Part shown: positions 19,875 to 29,068 of the stretch, piece after piece | Layout: every line of letters starts with the position of its first letter | Numbering within the stretch: position 1 is the stretch's first letter | Origin: Alcaligenaceae bacterium | Lineage (GTDB): Bacteria > Pseudomonadota > Gammaproteobacteria > Burkholderiales > Burkholderiaceae_B | Direction: 5' to 3' | Assembly (NCBI GenBank): GCA_012839585.1 | Contig: DUNB01000082.1 | Span: 21,445-85,444, forward strand | Length of the DNA stretch: 64,000 nt | Position numbers and translations under genes: made by a program | The notes under the pieces: generated by a model | Seen by the model: the letters and a program-made list of their open reading frames with translations, nothing else | Databases searched by the model: none | Told to the model about the DNA's origin: nothing

Positions 19875-20795
19875 ATGATCCACACAGCTTTACGTACACT
19901 CTCGGCAGAACAAACCGCTCAGGCTCTGCCCTACCCTGAGCTCGTTGAATATTTAATCCAGGCAGCGCAAGACCATGCCGCCGGATTAATCGTGACCCCT
20001 ACACGACAAGCCCTGCCTTTCCCAAATGGCGGCACCCTGTTATCTATGCCTGCAACCGCCAAAGACATAGGGGTGCATAAGCTGGTCAACGTGATGCCCC
20101 ATAACGCCGAGCATCATCTCCCCGTTATTCAGGGATTAGTTTGCGCCTATGATGGTGAGACAGGACGCCCTCTAGTTGTTTTGGATGGCCCCACTGTCAC
20201 AGAGCGTCGTACTGCAGCGGTATCGATGATGGGCATTAAGCTCTTGTGGGATACGCCCAAGCACGTAGCCGTAATAGGTACTGGCGTCCAAGCTCTAGGT
20301 CATGTGGAAGCCCTATTTAGCCTCTACCCCTCGGTGCAGATCGCTTTGCTTGGGCGTCACCTAGAACGCGCCCAAGCCCTCATCGCACGATTGGATCCTC
20401 ACCTACAAACACAGATCCAAGCAGTAGAATCCATCCCAGAGGATGTCGATGTGGTTATCACCGTGACCAGCAGTTCAAGACCTGTCTACCACGAAGCAGC
20501 CCGTGCTGATCGTCTTTTGATCGCCGTCGGCGCCTATACACCACAAATGGCAGAAATTGAAGCAGAAACCGTGCTTGCCAGCCGTATTTATGTGGATGAG
20601 CCCGGGGGCGCTGCTCACGAGGCCGGAGACCTATTACAGGCTAAAGTTAACTGGGATCAAGTTCAGCCCATCGTTGCCGCCCTAGAGCATAAACCTGAGG
20701 GCCAAGCCTTACTCTATAAATCTGTAGGCTGTGCCGCCTGGGATTTGGCCGCCGCCCGCTGTGCGCGTGAACAGATAGAGGGGAAAGACACGTAA
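19875..20795 (+). CDS. ornithine cyclodeaminase / mu-crystallin family protein
   Basis: 306 aa. TVTERRTAAVSMMGIKLL and the Rossmann stretch VAVIGTGVQALGHVEAL are typical of the OCD/mu-crystallin family. Confidence 0.8.
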   Translation: MIHTALRTLSAEQTAQALPYPELVEYLIQAAQDHAAGLIVTPTRQALPFPNGGTLLSMPATAKDIGVHKLVNVMPHNAEHHLPVIQGLVCAYDGETGRPLVVLDGPTVTERRTAAVSMMGIKLLWDTPKHVAVIGTGVQALGHVEALFSLYPSVQIALLGRHLERAQALIARLDPHLQTQIQAVESIPEDVDVVITVTSSSRPVYHEAARADRLLIAVGAYTPQMAEIEAETVLASRIYVDEPGGAAHEAGDLLQAKVNWDQVQPIVAALEHKPEGQALLYKSVGCAAWDLAAARCAREQIEGKDT

Positions 20796-20849
20796 AGACC
20801 CGCTGAGCTTTTTCAGATAGAGCGCCAAACCGATCTCCACTAAAACCTA

Positions 20850-21014
20850 TTCATCCAAAAACCCTGGATCCAAAGGGTATTTGATTAAATACAGATCACC
20901 ATCAATACAAAACCCTGGATCCAAAGGGCATTTGAGTAAACACAGACCGCCATCAATACAAAAGCCCGGATCCAAAGGGTATTCGATTTAAATACAAATC
21001 GCCATCAATACAAA
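20850..21014. repeat. tandem array of about 3.2 copies of a 51-bp unit
   Basis: The unit CCATCAATACAAAACCCTGGATCCAAAGGGTATTTGATTAAATACAGATCA recurs with GGATCC at 20866, 20917 and 20968 (exact 51-bp phase). A fourth partial copy runs into the next hairpin. Confidence 0.85.
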
Positions 21015-21102
21015 AAGCCGCTGCAGCTATTGGAGAGTTCTCAAAGGGATACGTTTTTTATCCTATTGAATTCAGCTCACAATAAACTGCAGCGGCTTTT
21101 TT
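21012..21102. terminator. 15-bp perfect inverted repeat with a 60-nt loop, possibly a bidirectional terminator between the OCD-family gene and secA
   Basis: AAAAAGCCGCTGCAG (21012-21026) pairs with CTGCAGCGGCTTTTT (21087-21101). T-runs follow the stem on both strands. The loop is unusually long. Confidence 0.45.
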
Positions 21103-21180
21103 GTGCCCTACCAGAGTCATATTGACCCTGGTAAAGACGAGTCTCCAGGCCTGATCGAGCTGGAGACTGGTTTTAAGCGT

Positions 21181-23919
21181 TTAAACCAAACGTCCGTGAC
21201 AGTGTTTGTACTTTTTGCCACTACCACATGGACAGTTTTCGTTACGACCTACGCGTGGTACCTCTTGCTCTTCGGCGGGGGTTTCGCCCGTCGCAATGCC
21301 AGGGTCTTCGCCGCTTAACGCCGCATCATAATCTGCGTGATGGTAGCTTACGTTTTCGAGCTCCGGAGCGGCTGCGGGTTCGGCTGGTTGTTGTGGGGCC
21401 GACTGAATTTGTACCGTTAACAAGGTTTTGATGACCTCGTCACGAATACGATCGAGCAAATCCGAGAACAGCTCAAAGGCCTCGCGCTTGTATTCCTGTT
21501 TAGGATCTTTTTGCGCATAACCACGTAAGTGAATCCCTTGACGCAAGTGGTCTAAGGCCTGCAAATGACCACGCCACTGTGTGTCGACGGATTGCAGCAT
21601 AATAGCGCGCTCAAAATTGCCCCATTGCTCTGCACCGACCAGGGCGATTTTCTCGTCCAGAGCCACTTTGGAGGCCTCTACAACGCGCTCTAAGAGGTCT
21701 TCCTCGGTCAAGTGGGTTTCTTTTTCTACCATGCCCACCAAATCCATTTCCAAGTGGAATTGTTTGGCTAGGCCCTCTTGTAGACCTTTGATGTCCCACT
21801 GCTCTTCCATACTTTCCTCTGGAACGTATTGGTGGAAGAAGTCAGTGACAGACGCCTGACGCATAAAGGCAATATTTTCGGTGATGTCCGCGGACTCGAG
21901 AACCTCGTTACGTTGGGCATAGATCACCTTACGCTGATCATTCGCAACGTCATCAAACTGCAAGAGCTGTTTACGAATGTCAAAGTTACGGGCCTCGACT
22001 TTACGTTGTGCAGATTCGATAGAGCGTGTCACCATGCGCGCCTCGATGGGCTCGCCTTCGGGTAAGCGCAAGCGCTCCATGATGTTACGTACGCGATCAC
22101 CCGCAAAAATACGCATCAAGGAATCGTCTAAAGACAGATAGAAGCGTGAGGAACCGGGGTCACCCTGACGACCCGCTCGACCACGTAGCTGGTTGTCAAT
22201 ACGACGGGATTCGTGACGCTCTGTACCAATAATACGCAAACCGCCGGCTGCTTTAACCTGCTCGTTAATGGGTTTCCATTCGGCACGAATGGCCTCAATG
22301 GCTTGGGCTTTTTGTTCAGCGCTCAAGTTTTCATCGTGCTGGATCTCGGAGATTTGACGCTCGATGGAGCCACCCAACACAATATCCGTACCACGACCGG
22401 CCATGTTTGTGGCGATGGTGATGCTGCCGGGTTTACCGGCATCCGCCACAATCTGTGCCTCGCGCTCGTGTTGCTTGGCGTTTAGCACCTCGTGCTTTAA
22501 ACCTGCCTGCTGCAATAAACCAGACAGTAGTTCGGAGTTTTCAATACTGGTCGTACCCACCAAAACAGGTTGGCCACGACTGTAGCAGTCCTTGATGTCC
22601 TCTAGGATGGCATTGAATTTTTCTTTGTCGGTTTTGAAAACCTGATCGTTTTGATCCACACGAACCATAGGACGGTTAGTAGGAATCACCACGGTTTCTA
22701 AGTTGTAAATTTCCTGGAACTCAAAGGCCTCGGTGTCCGCCGTACCCGTCATACCACCCAGCTTGTCGTACATACGGAAGTAGTTCTGGAAGGTAATCGA
22801 CGCCATGGTCTGGTTTTCTGGCTGAATTTCTACGTTTTCCTTGGCCTCTACCGCCTGGTGTAGACCCTCGGACCAACGTCGACCTGACATTAGGCGGCCA
22901 GTAAATTCATCCACAATGACGATTTCACCGTTCTGCACCACATAATGCTGGTCGCGGAAAAACAGCGTATGCGCACGTAAAGCCACCATAATATGGTGCA
23001 TAAGCGAAATATGGCGTGGCTCGTAGAGCGACTCGCCCTCGGGCAACAGCCCCATTTCTGTCAGAATTTGTTCGGCTTTTTCGTGACCGGCCTCGGAGAT
23101 ATGTACCTGCTGGGCCTTTTCATCTACCCAGTAATCCCCTTCGGGCTCAGGCTCTTGGGGCTTGGGTTCCTCGGTCATGCGCGTTAGCATCGGTGGCACG
23201 GCATTGATGGCCTGATACAAGGTCGTGTTGTCATCAGCCTGACCGGAGATAATCAACGGAGTACGTGCCTCGTCAATGAGAATGGAGTCCACCTCATCCA
23301 CAATGGCAAAATACAAACCACGCTGACGGCGCTCATCGGCTTGATATTCCATGTTGTCACGTAAATAATCAAAGCCAAATTCGTTATTCGTACCGTAGGT
23401 GATATCGGACTGGTACGCTGCCTTTTTTTCCTCGTTAGGCTGGTTTGGTATCACCACGCCTACGGACATCCCTAAAAAGTTATAGAGTTTGCCCATGGTC
23501 TCTGCGTCACGGCGAGCCAAGTAATCGTTGACCGTTACAACATGCACCCCTTTACCGGTCAGCGCATTTAGGTAAACCGCCAAGGTCGCCATTAAGGTTT
23601 TACCCTCACCGGTACGCATCTCGGCGATTTTGCCATTATGCAAAGCAATCGCACCTAGCATCTGCACATCAAAGTGTCGCATGTTATAGACACGCTTAGA
23701 CGCCTCGCGTACTACTGCGAAAGCTTCTGGCAACAGAGAGTTCAACGATTTACCATCGGCTAGCCGCTGGCGGAACTCGTCTGTTTTAGCCTGCAAGGCC
23801 TGGTCATCCAGCGCCTCGTATTCGGATTCAAGCGCGTTGATTTGTGCAACTTGCTTGCGGTACTGTTTAAGCAGCCTATCGTTGCGACTGCCAAAAAGCT
23901 TTCTGAGCAAAGAAACCAT
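21181..23919 (-). CDS. secA: preprotein translocase ATPase SecA
   Basis: The N-terminus [22 protein letters not shown] aligns with E. coli SecA. It has a DEAD-like motor ([28 protein letters not shown]) and a C-terminal zinc motif [14 protein letters not shown]. The track start 23973 is GTG and is rejected. Confidence 0.95.
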   Translation of the reverse strand: MVSLLRKLFGSRNDRLLKQYRKQVAQINALESEYEALDDQALQAKTDEFRQRLADGKSLNSLLPEAFAVVREASKRVYNMRHFDVQMLGAIALHNGKIAEMRTGEGKTLMATLAVYLNALTGKGVHVVTVNDYLARRDAETMGKLYNFLGMSVGVVIPNQPNEEKKAAYQSDITYGTNNEFGFDYLRDNMEYQADERRQRGLYFAIVDEVDSILIDEARTPLIISGQADDNTTLYQAINAVPPMLTRMTEEPKPQEPEPEGDYWVDEKAQQVHISEAGHEKAEQILTEMGLLPEGESLYEPRHISLMHHIMVALRAHTLFFRDQHYVVQNGEIVIVDEFTGRLMSGRRWSEGLHQAVEAKENVEIQPENQTMASITFQNYFRMYDKLGGMTGTADTEAFEFQEIYNLETVVIPTNRPMVRVDQNDQVFKTDKEKFNAILEDIKDCYSRGQPVLVGTTSIENSELLSGLLQQAGLKHEVLNAKQHEREAQIVADAGKPGSITIATNMAGRGTDIVLGGSIERQISEIQHDENLSAEQKAQAIEAIRAEWKPINEQVKAAGGLRIIGTERHESRRIDNQLRGRAGRQGDPGSSRFYLSLDDSLMRIFAGDRVRNIMERLRLPEGEPIEARMVTRSIESAQRKVEARNFDIRKQLLQFDDVANDQRKVIYAQRNEVLESADITENIAFMRQASVTDFFHQYVPEESMEEQWDIKGLQEGLAKQFHLEMDLVGMVEKETHLTEEDLLERVVEASKVALDEKIALVGAEQWGNFERAIMLQSVDTQWRGHLQALDHLRQGIHLRGYAQKDPKQEYKREAFELFSDLLDRIRDEVIKTLLTVQIQSAPQQPAEPAAAPELENVSYHHADYDAALSGEDPGIATGETPAEEQEVPRVGRNENCPCGSGKKYKHCHGRLV

Positions 23920-24054
23920 TCTTATATCGTCTAGGTAAGATTCACAGTGCACACGACAAATAAACCGGTGCACACACTCCCATTCCTATTATTCGGGTTA
24001 AGAGAAAACTGGCAACATAACAATACAGTTTAACTCAGCTTGATGCCAATGGTA

Positions 24055-24939
24055 TTATTCTGTTTTTGCAGACTGTGCAACCAGACTACCAGAATGACCT
24101 TGTGGTAGGAACAACATCGGGTCTAATGCCTGGTTTTCAAGACGCACCTCGAAGTGCAAATGTGCCCCCGTGGTTCTACCTGTGGCACCTACACGAGCAA
24201 TCATCTGCCCTTTTTCTACCACATCTCCCAAACGCACCACAATGGATGAAGCATGCGCATAGCGTGTAATCAAACCATCGCCATGTGTGATTTCTACTGT
24301 TTTGCCATAGCCGCTTAGGTAGCGGGCCTCTGTCACTATACCACCCGATGCAGCCACTATAGGTGTGCCCACAGGAGCGGAAAAATCCATGCCTTCGTGC
24401 ATTTTGTGGCGCCCTGTGATGGGATGACGACGCCAGCCAAAGTTAGAGGTGGCGTAGCTGACATCCACAGGATGTGCTGCGGGAAAACGAGCTTGATTCG
24501 CTAAACGATGGCTTAACACGGTATCTAACATCGTGAGCCAGTCTTGGCGTTGTGATAAGCTATGATTTAAGTCATCTAATTGACGCCCTAGGTCTTGGGC
24601 TGTACTGACCACAGGGTAGTCTTCCCCCATGTCCATTTGCTGTGTGACCTCTGGGTCGGTATACATCACCCCAGCTGAGTCCGCCACACGGCGACCTAGC
24701 TGTTCCATTTCGATGACCTTAGCCTGTAAATCACCGACCCGCTGCGCCAGTTGCTGTACGCTTTGTTGCAAATATAAGGCATCACGCTCTTGGGCCTGAT
24801 TCAGCAGTTCTAACTGTTCAGGGGCTAATTGCTTAACGTTTAGCTTGGATTGCACCAGGGCGCCTGCACCTGCCGACAGGCTAACGCCCGCCACAACCAA
24901 TACTAAACGCCCAAGCCAGCTGCGATGTGCTGTCTTCAT
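24055..24939 (-). CDS. M23 family metallopeptidase (murein endopeptidase-like) with N-terminal anchor and coiled coil
   Basis: HEGMDFSAPVGTPIVA and TGAHLHFEV LytM-type motifs, with an N-terminal TM segment. The ATG at 24939 is preferred over 24990. Confidence 0.8.
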   Translation of the reverse strand: MKTAHRSWLGRLVLVVAGVSLSAGAGALVQSKLNVKQLAPEQLELLNQAQERDALYLQQSVQQLAQRVGDLQAKVIEMEQLGRRVADSAGVMYTDPEVTQQMDMGEDYPVVSTAQDLGRQLDDLNHSLSQRQDWLTMLDTVLSHRLANQARFPAAHPVDVSYATSNFGWRRHPITGRHKMHEGMDFSAPVGTPIVAASGGIVTEARYLSGYGKTVEITHGDGLITRYAHASSIVVRLGDVVEKGQMIARVGATGRTTGAHLHFEVRLENQALDPMLFLPQGHSGSLVAQSAKTE

Positions 24940-24969
24940 GTTTAATTTCATTAAAATAAATAATCCTTT

Positions 24970-25464
24970 ATGTCTAGGGCCTTTTTTCAACGCTTCAATA
25001 CGCGATCTAATGAACCTGCCAGCCCAGTAATGGGGTGGTTAGCCAAAGATCCGCAACAGCTACTGCAAACCGCACAACGCTATTTGCAGCTAGAGCAGTT
25101 GGTTCAACAGAACCTGCCCTCGGGCCTGCGTCATTGCAAAGTGGCCCATATAGATAGACAAACGGTAGTTCTAGCAGTTCCCAGTGCCGCCCATGCGAAT
25201 AAGTTACGACAATTAACACCCACTCTGTTACAGCGCCTACAACAGCATAAATGGCAGCTTAATCAAATACAGATACAAATCCAATCCGTACTTTTTACAG
25301 GGGTAAAACCCTTAGGTGAAGTCCGCAAGGGAGGGGCGGGCATTGATGCGACAGGGCTAGAAGCCTTTGAACAACTAAGAAAAGAGTTAGATGCCGGGCC
25401 GTTGGCCTCTGCGGTGCAACGACTGGTGGCCCGCCATCAAAACAAAAAGGCTGAATCCGAGTGA
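24970..25464 (+). CDS. DUF721 domain protein (DciA-like)
   Basis: 164 aa. The pattern CKVAHIDRQTVVLAVPSAAHANKLRQLTPTLLQRL matches the DUF721 signature as I remember it. Its position between lpxC and M23/secA is typical of proteobacterial genomes. Confidence 0.55.
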   Translation: MSRAFFQRFNTRSNEPASPVMGWLAKDPQQLLQTAQRYLQLEQLVQQNLPSGLRHCKVAHIDRQTVVLAVPSAAHANKLRQLTPTLLQRLQQHKWQLNQIQIQIQSVLFTGVKPLGEVRKGGAGIDATGLEAFEQLRKELDAGPLASAVQRLVARHQNKKAESE

Positions 25465-25489
25465 CTCAGCCTTAAAAAACCACAATAGG

Positions 25490-26413
25490 CTATGAAAGTT
25501 TCCATTCGCGCACATAAGGCTGCGAAGCCGTTTCGTGCTCGGCGTAATTAACCAATTCCCAGCTGTCTTTGGCCGCCAATAAGGCACGGGCTAATTGGTT
25601 ATTTAAGCCATGACCTGATTTACACGCCACATAGCGCGCTACCAAAGGATGACCAATTAAGTATAAATCACCAATGGCATCTAGGATTTTGTGTTTGACG
25701 AACTCATCATCATAACGCAAGCCGTCCGAGTTCAATACGCGGAATTCATCCATCACAATGGCGTTGTCTAAACTACCACCACGAGCCAAGCCCGCTGCAC
25801 GCATGGCCTCTACGTCACTGGCAAACCCAAAGGTGCGAGCACGAGCGATTTCTTTCACGTAGGAATCTTTGGCAAAGTCTATTTCGGCAAAGTTAGCAGT
25901 CGCATTGATGGCGGGATGCTGGAAATCGATAGAAAACTGTAAAGCAAAGCCGTCATAGGGTTCTAAACGAGCCCATTTTAAATTAGCGCCCTCGCCCTCA
26001 CGCACCTCGATGGGTTTTAACACGCGCAAGAATTGTTTAGGGGCGTCCTGTTCGGCCAAGCCAGCCGAACGCAATAGATACACAAAGGTACCTGCACTGC
26101 CGTCCATAATAGGGACTTCTTCGGCGGAAATATCAATATGCAAATTATCTATGCCTAAACCGGCTAAGGCTGACATTAAATGTTCGACCGTAGAAACACG
26201 TACACCGTCTTTTTGCAAAACAGAAGCCATGGTTGTACCGCCCACTAAATGGGCCTGGGCAGGAATGTCTACCACCTGTGGCAGGTCAATACGGTGAAAT
26301 ACAATGCCCGTATTCGGAGCGGCCGGACGCAAGGTGATTTCCACCAAACGACCAGAGTGGAGCCCTATTCCTTTAGTACTTACTGTTTTAGAGATAGTGC
26401 GCTGACGTAACAT
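25490..26413 (-). CDS. lpxC: UDP-3-O-acyl-N-acetylglucosamine deacetylase
   Basis: [21 protein letters not shown]...[16 protein letters not shown]...[13 protein letters not shown] are classic LpxC segments. The ATG at 26413 is preferred; 26425 is TTG. Confidence 0.95.
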   Translation of the reverse strand: MLRQRTISKTVSTKGIGLHSGRLVEITLRPAAPNTGIVFHRIDLPQVVDIPAQAHLVGGTTMASVLQKDGVRVSTVEHLMSALAGLGIDNLHIDISAEEVPIMDGSAGTFVYLLRSAGLAEQDAPKQFLRVLKPIEVREGEGANLKWARLEPYDGFALQFSIDFQHPAINATANFAEIDFAKDSYVKEIARARTFGFASDVEAMRAAGLARGGSLDNAIVMDEFRVLNSDGLRYDDEFVKHKILDAIGDLYLIGHPLVARYVACKSGHGLNNQLARALLAAKDSWELVNYAEHETASQPYVREWKLS

Positions 26414-26534
26414 AAATAAATGCAATAAAAAAATAAAGAACTATTCGATTATAAAGGTTTTTTCGCAACAGTAGCCAACAAGGGCCGAAGCCCTGGTTGG
26501 CTATGCGAGAGCTTACCTATCGGGGAATAGGTAT

Positions 26535-27734
26535 TTAGTCTGCCTGTTTACGCAAGTACGTAGGAATATCAAAACGATCCATGCCAGAGGTTTCTAAGGC
26601 ACGAACCTGTGATGAGGCCTCTGTACTACGAGTACGCATAACCGAAGGCACTGCTGGTATTTCTGGTTCTGCGACTTTGCTTGCAGCCGGCTGAGCTTCT
26701 GGTGCAGTAGGTTCGTCATCAGTACCTGTACGTAGTGCAGGCTCTGCGGCCGGTGTAGTGACTAGCTGCGGACGAGCCTGGGGACGCCCCAAACCTGTAG
26801 CGACTACAGTAACACGTAGGCTATCACCCATGCTGTCATCGTAAGCTGTACCAAAGATCACATGGGCGTCCTCGGCGGCGTAGCTCTGGATAATATCCAT
26901 GATTTCGCGGGTTTCGCGTAGTTTCAAATCGCGACCAGCTGTAATATTTACCAACACACCACGAGCACCGTGTAGGTCCACACCCTCGAGTAATGGACAA
27001 GCAATCGCACGCTCAGCGGCTTCGCGGGCACGACCTTCGCCAGATGCCACGGCTATACCCATCATGGCTTGACCTTGCTCACCCATAATGGTTTTCACGT
27101 CCTCGAAGTCAACGTTAACGTTACCTTCGACATTGATGATTTCCGCAATCCCGGCACACGCGTTGTGCAATACATCATCGGCAACTTTGAAACAGTCTTC
27201 TTGGGTTGCATCCTCGTCCATCAAGTCGTAGAGGTTTTCGTTCAGAACGACGATGAGCGAGTGCACATGTTTGGAGAGCTCTTCGATCCCGGCATTCGCG
27301 GTGTTCATGCGACGACGGCCCTCGAAGTTAAAGGGTTTAGTCACCACACCTACCGTCAAAATCCCAAGCTCTTTGGCGACCTCGGCCACAATGGGGCTAG
27401 CACCTGTACCAGTACCACCACCCATGCCTGCGGTAATAAATACCATGTGGGCACCGTCTAGGACTTTACGAATTTCATCACGAGCTGTTTCTGCAGCGGC
27501 ACGGCCTTGTTCAGGTTTAGCACCTGCACCTAGACCTGATCGCCCTAAAGCGATTTGTATAGGGGCCTCGCTGCTGGCCAAAGCCTGAGCATCTGTGTTG
27601 GCACAGATAAACTCTACGCCCTGCACGCCTGAGTGAATCATATGGGTGACCGCATTACCACCTGCACCACCCACACCAATCACCTTAATTACGGTGGAAT
27701 TACCGTGTGTATCTAGTATTTCAAAGTTCATCAT
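26535..27734 (-). CDS. ftsZ: cell division protein FtsZ
   Basis: IGVGGAGGNAV and the tubulin signature GMGGGTGTGASPIVA, followed by a Pro/Ala-rich linker and the C-terminal DIPTYLRKQAD. Confidence 0.97.
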   Translation of the reverse strand: MMNFEILDTHGNSTVIKVIGVGGAGGNAVTHMIHSGVQGVEFICANTDAQALASSEAPIQIALGRSGLGAGAKPEQGRAAAETARDEIRKVLDGAHMVFITAGMGGGTGTGASPIVAEVAKELGILTVGVVTKPFNFEGRRRMNTANAGIEELSKHVHSLIVVLNENLYDLMDEDATQEDCFKVADDVLHNACAGIAEIINVEGNVNVDFEDVKTIMGEQGQAMMGIAVASGEGRAREAAERAIACPLLEGVDLHGARGVLVNITAGRDLKLRETREIMDIIQSYAAEDAHVIFGTAYDDSMGDSLRVTVVATGLGRPQARPQLVTTPAAEPALRTGTDDEPTAPEAQPAASKVAEPEIPAVPSVMRTRSTEASSQVRALETSGMDRFDIPTYLRKQAD

Positions 27735-27829
27735 CTCGATTCCCTCGCATATTTATCATGGCAAGAAATTGTCTTGCCTCCCCGATTAGTTGTTATCTGT
27801 TCAGTTACTGCTCTTTACAAAAAAGCGGC

Positions 27830-29056
27830 TTAATTCATAAACCACTCTTTGGCTCGTGAGAACATATCCTGCAAACGACCTTTTTGCCGTGCGACTTTAC
27901 GCCCCCTGCCATGTTCACGGCGAGCTTGGCTCAAGAGCCCCATCGCAGTGGAAAAGCGCGGGTTGCGCATCATGTCTGCTAAGCTGCCATGGTAGATGGG
28001 CATTGCCACCCGGACTTGTTTTAAAAACACGTCCTCGGCAAGTTCAACGATCCCTGGCAATAAGGCCGTACCCCCGGTAATAACCACCCCAGAGGCCAAT
28101 AGGTTTTCATAACCCGATTCGCGTACGCTGTGTTGCACCAATTGAAACAATTCTTCAAGTCGTGGTTCAATCACAGCGCCTAAAGCATGACGTTTTACCT
28201 GTCGATTTGGTCTATCGCCCAAGCCTGGAACCTCGAGGAGTTCTTCTGGGCTAGCATTGGCTTCGCGGGCCAATCCATAGCGCAATTTGATTTCCTCAGC
28301 ATCCGGCATGGGTGTACGCAACATGGTTGCGATATCACTGGTGATTTGATCCCCAGCAATAGGAATAACGTGCGTATGACGTATGGCACCACCGGTATAA
28401 ATGGCTATATCTGTGGTACCACTTCCTATGTCGACCAACACCACGCCTAATTCTTTTTCATCGTCCGTGAGGCACGCTGTGCTGGATGCCAAAGGCGCCA
28501 ACATGAGCTCTTGTACCTCTAGACCACAACGACGCACACAGCGTTCGATGTTTTGTACTGCAGATGAGGCTGCGGTCACGATGTGCACGCGAACCTCTAG
28601 TCTAAAGCCACTCATTCCTACTGGTTCTCTGATGCCCTCTTGGGCGTCTACAAAGAACTCTTGTTCCAGCACGTGGAGCACTTGCTGGTCCATCGGAATG
28701 TTCACTGCCTGGGCTATTTCTACTACGCGTGATACATCAGCCGCTGTGACCTCTTTGTCCTTAACAGCTACCATACCACTAGAATTGAGACTAGCAATGT
28801 GATTTCCGGAAACACCAGTATAAACACCACCTATTTTGCAGTCCGCCATCAATTCGGCTTCTTCGAGAGCACGCTGAATGGAGTTAACCGTGGCCTCTAT
28901 ATTGACCACCACCCCTTTACGCATCCCCATCGATTCGTGCTGCCCCAAACCTAAGACCTCGAAGCGCCCCTCAGGCAGCACCTCGGCCACCACCGCCACC
29001 ACTTTACTGGTACCGATATCTAATGCAACGATAAGATCCTTATTATCACGGGTCAT
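27830..29056 (-). CDS. ftsA: cell division protein FtsA
   Basis: Actin-like ATPase with ALDIGTSKVVAVV, VDIGSGTTDIAIY and GVVITGGTALLPG. Confidence 0.95.
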   Translation of the reverse strand: MTRDNKDLIVALDIGTSKVVAVVAEVLPEGRFEVLGLGQHESMGMRKGVVVNIEATVNSIQRALEEAELMADCKIGGVYTGVSGNHIASLNSSGMVAVKDKEVTAADVSRVVEIAQAVNIPMDQQVLHVLEQEFFVDAQEGIREPVGMSGFRLEVRVHIVTAASSAVQNIERCVRRCGLEVQELMLAPLASSTACLTDDEKELGVVLVDIGSGTTDIAIYTGGAIRHTHVIPIAGDQITSDIATMLRTPMPDAEEIKLRYGLAREANASPEELLEVPGLGDRPNRQVKRHALGAVIEPRLEELFQLVQHSVRESGYENLLASGVVITGGTALLPGIVELAEDVFLKQVRVAMPIYHGSLADMMRNPRFSTAMGLLSQARREHGRGRKVARQKGRLQDMFSRAKEWFMN

Positions 29057-29068
29057 ATGTTTTTATAT

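Noticed and set aside
20850-21014. Possible CRISPR array
   Set aside because: The repeats are directly abutting 51-bp units with no unique spacers, and no cas genes occur in the window. It was called a tandem repeat instead.
21103-21318. 71-aa plus-strand ORF at the secA 3' end
   Set aside because: It overlaps the conserved SecA C-terminal zinc-finger coding region on the opposite strand and starts within the terminator tail. No support was found.
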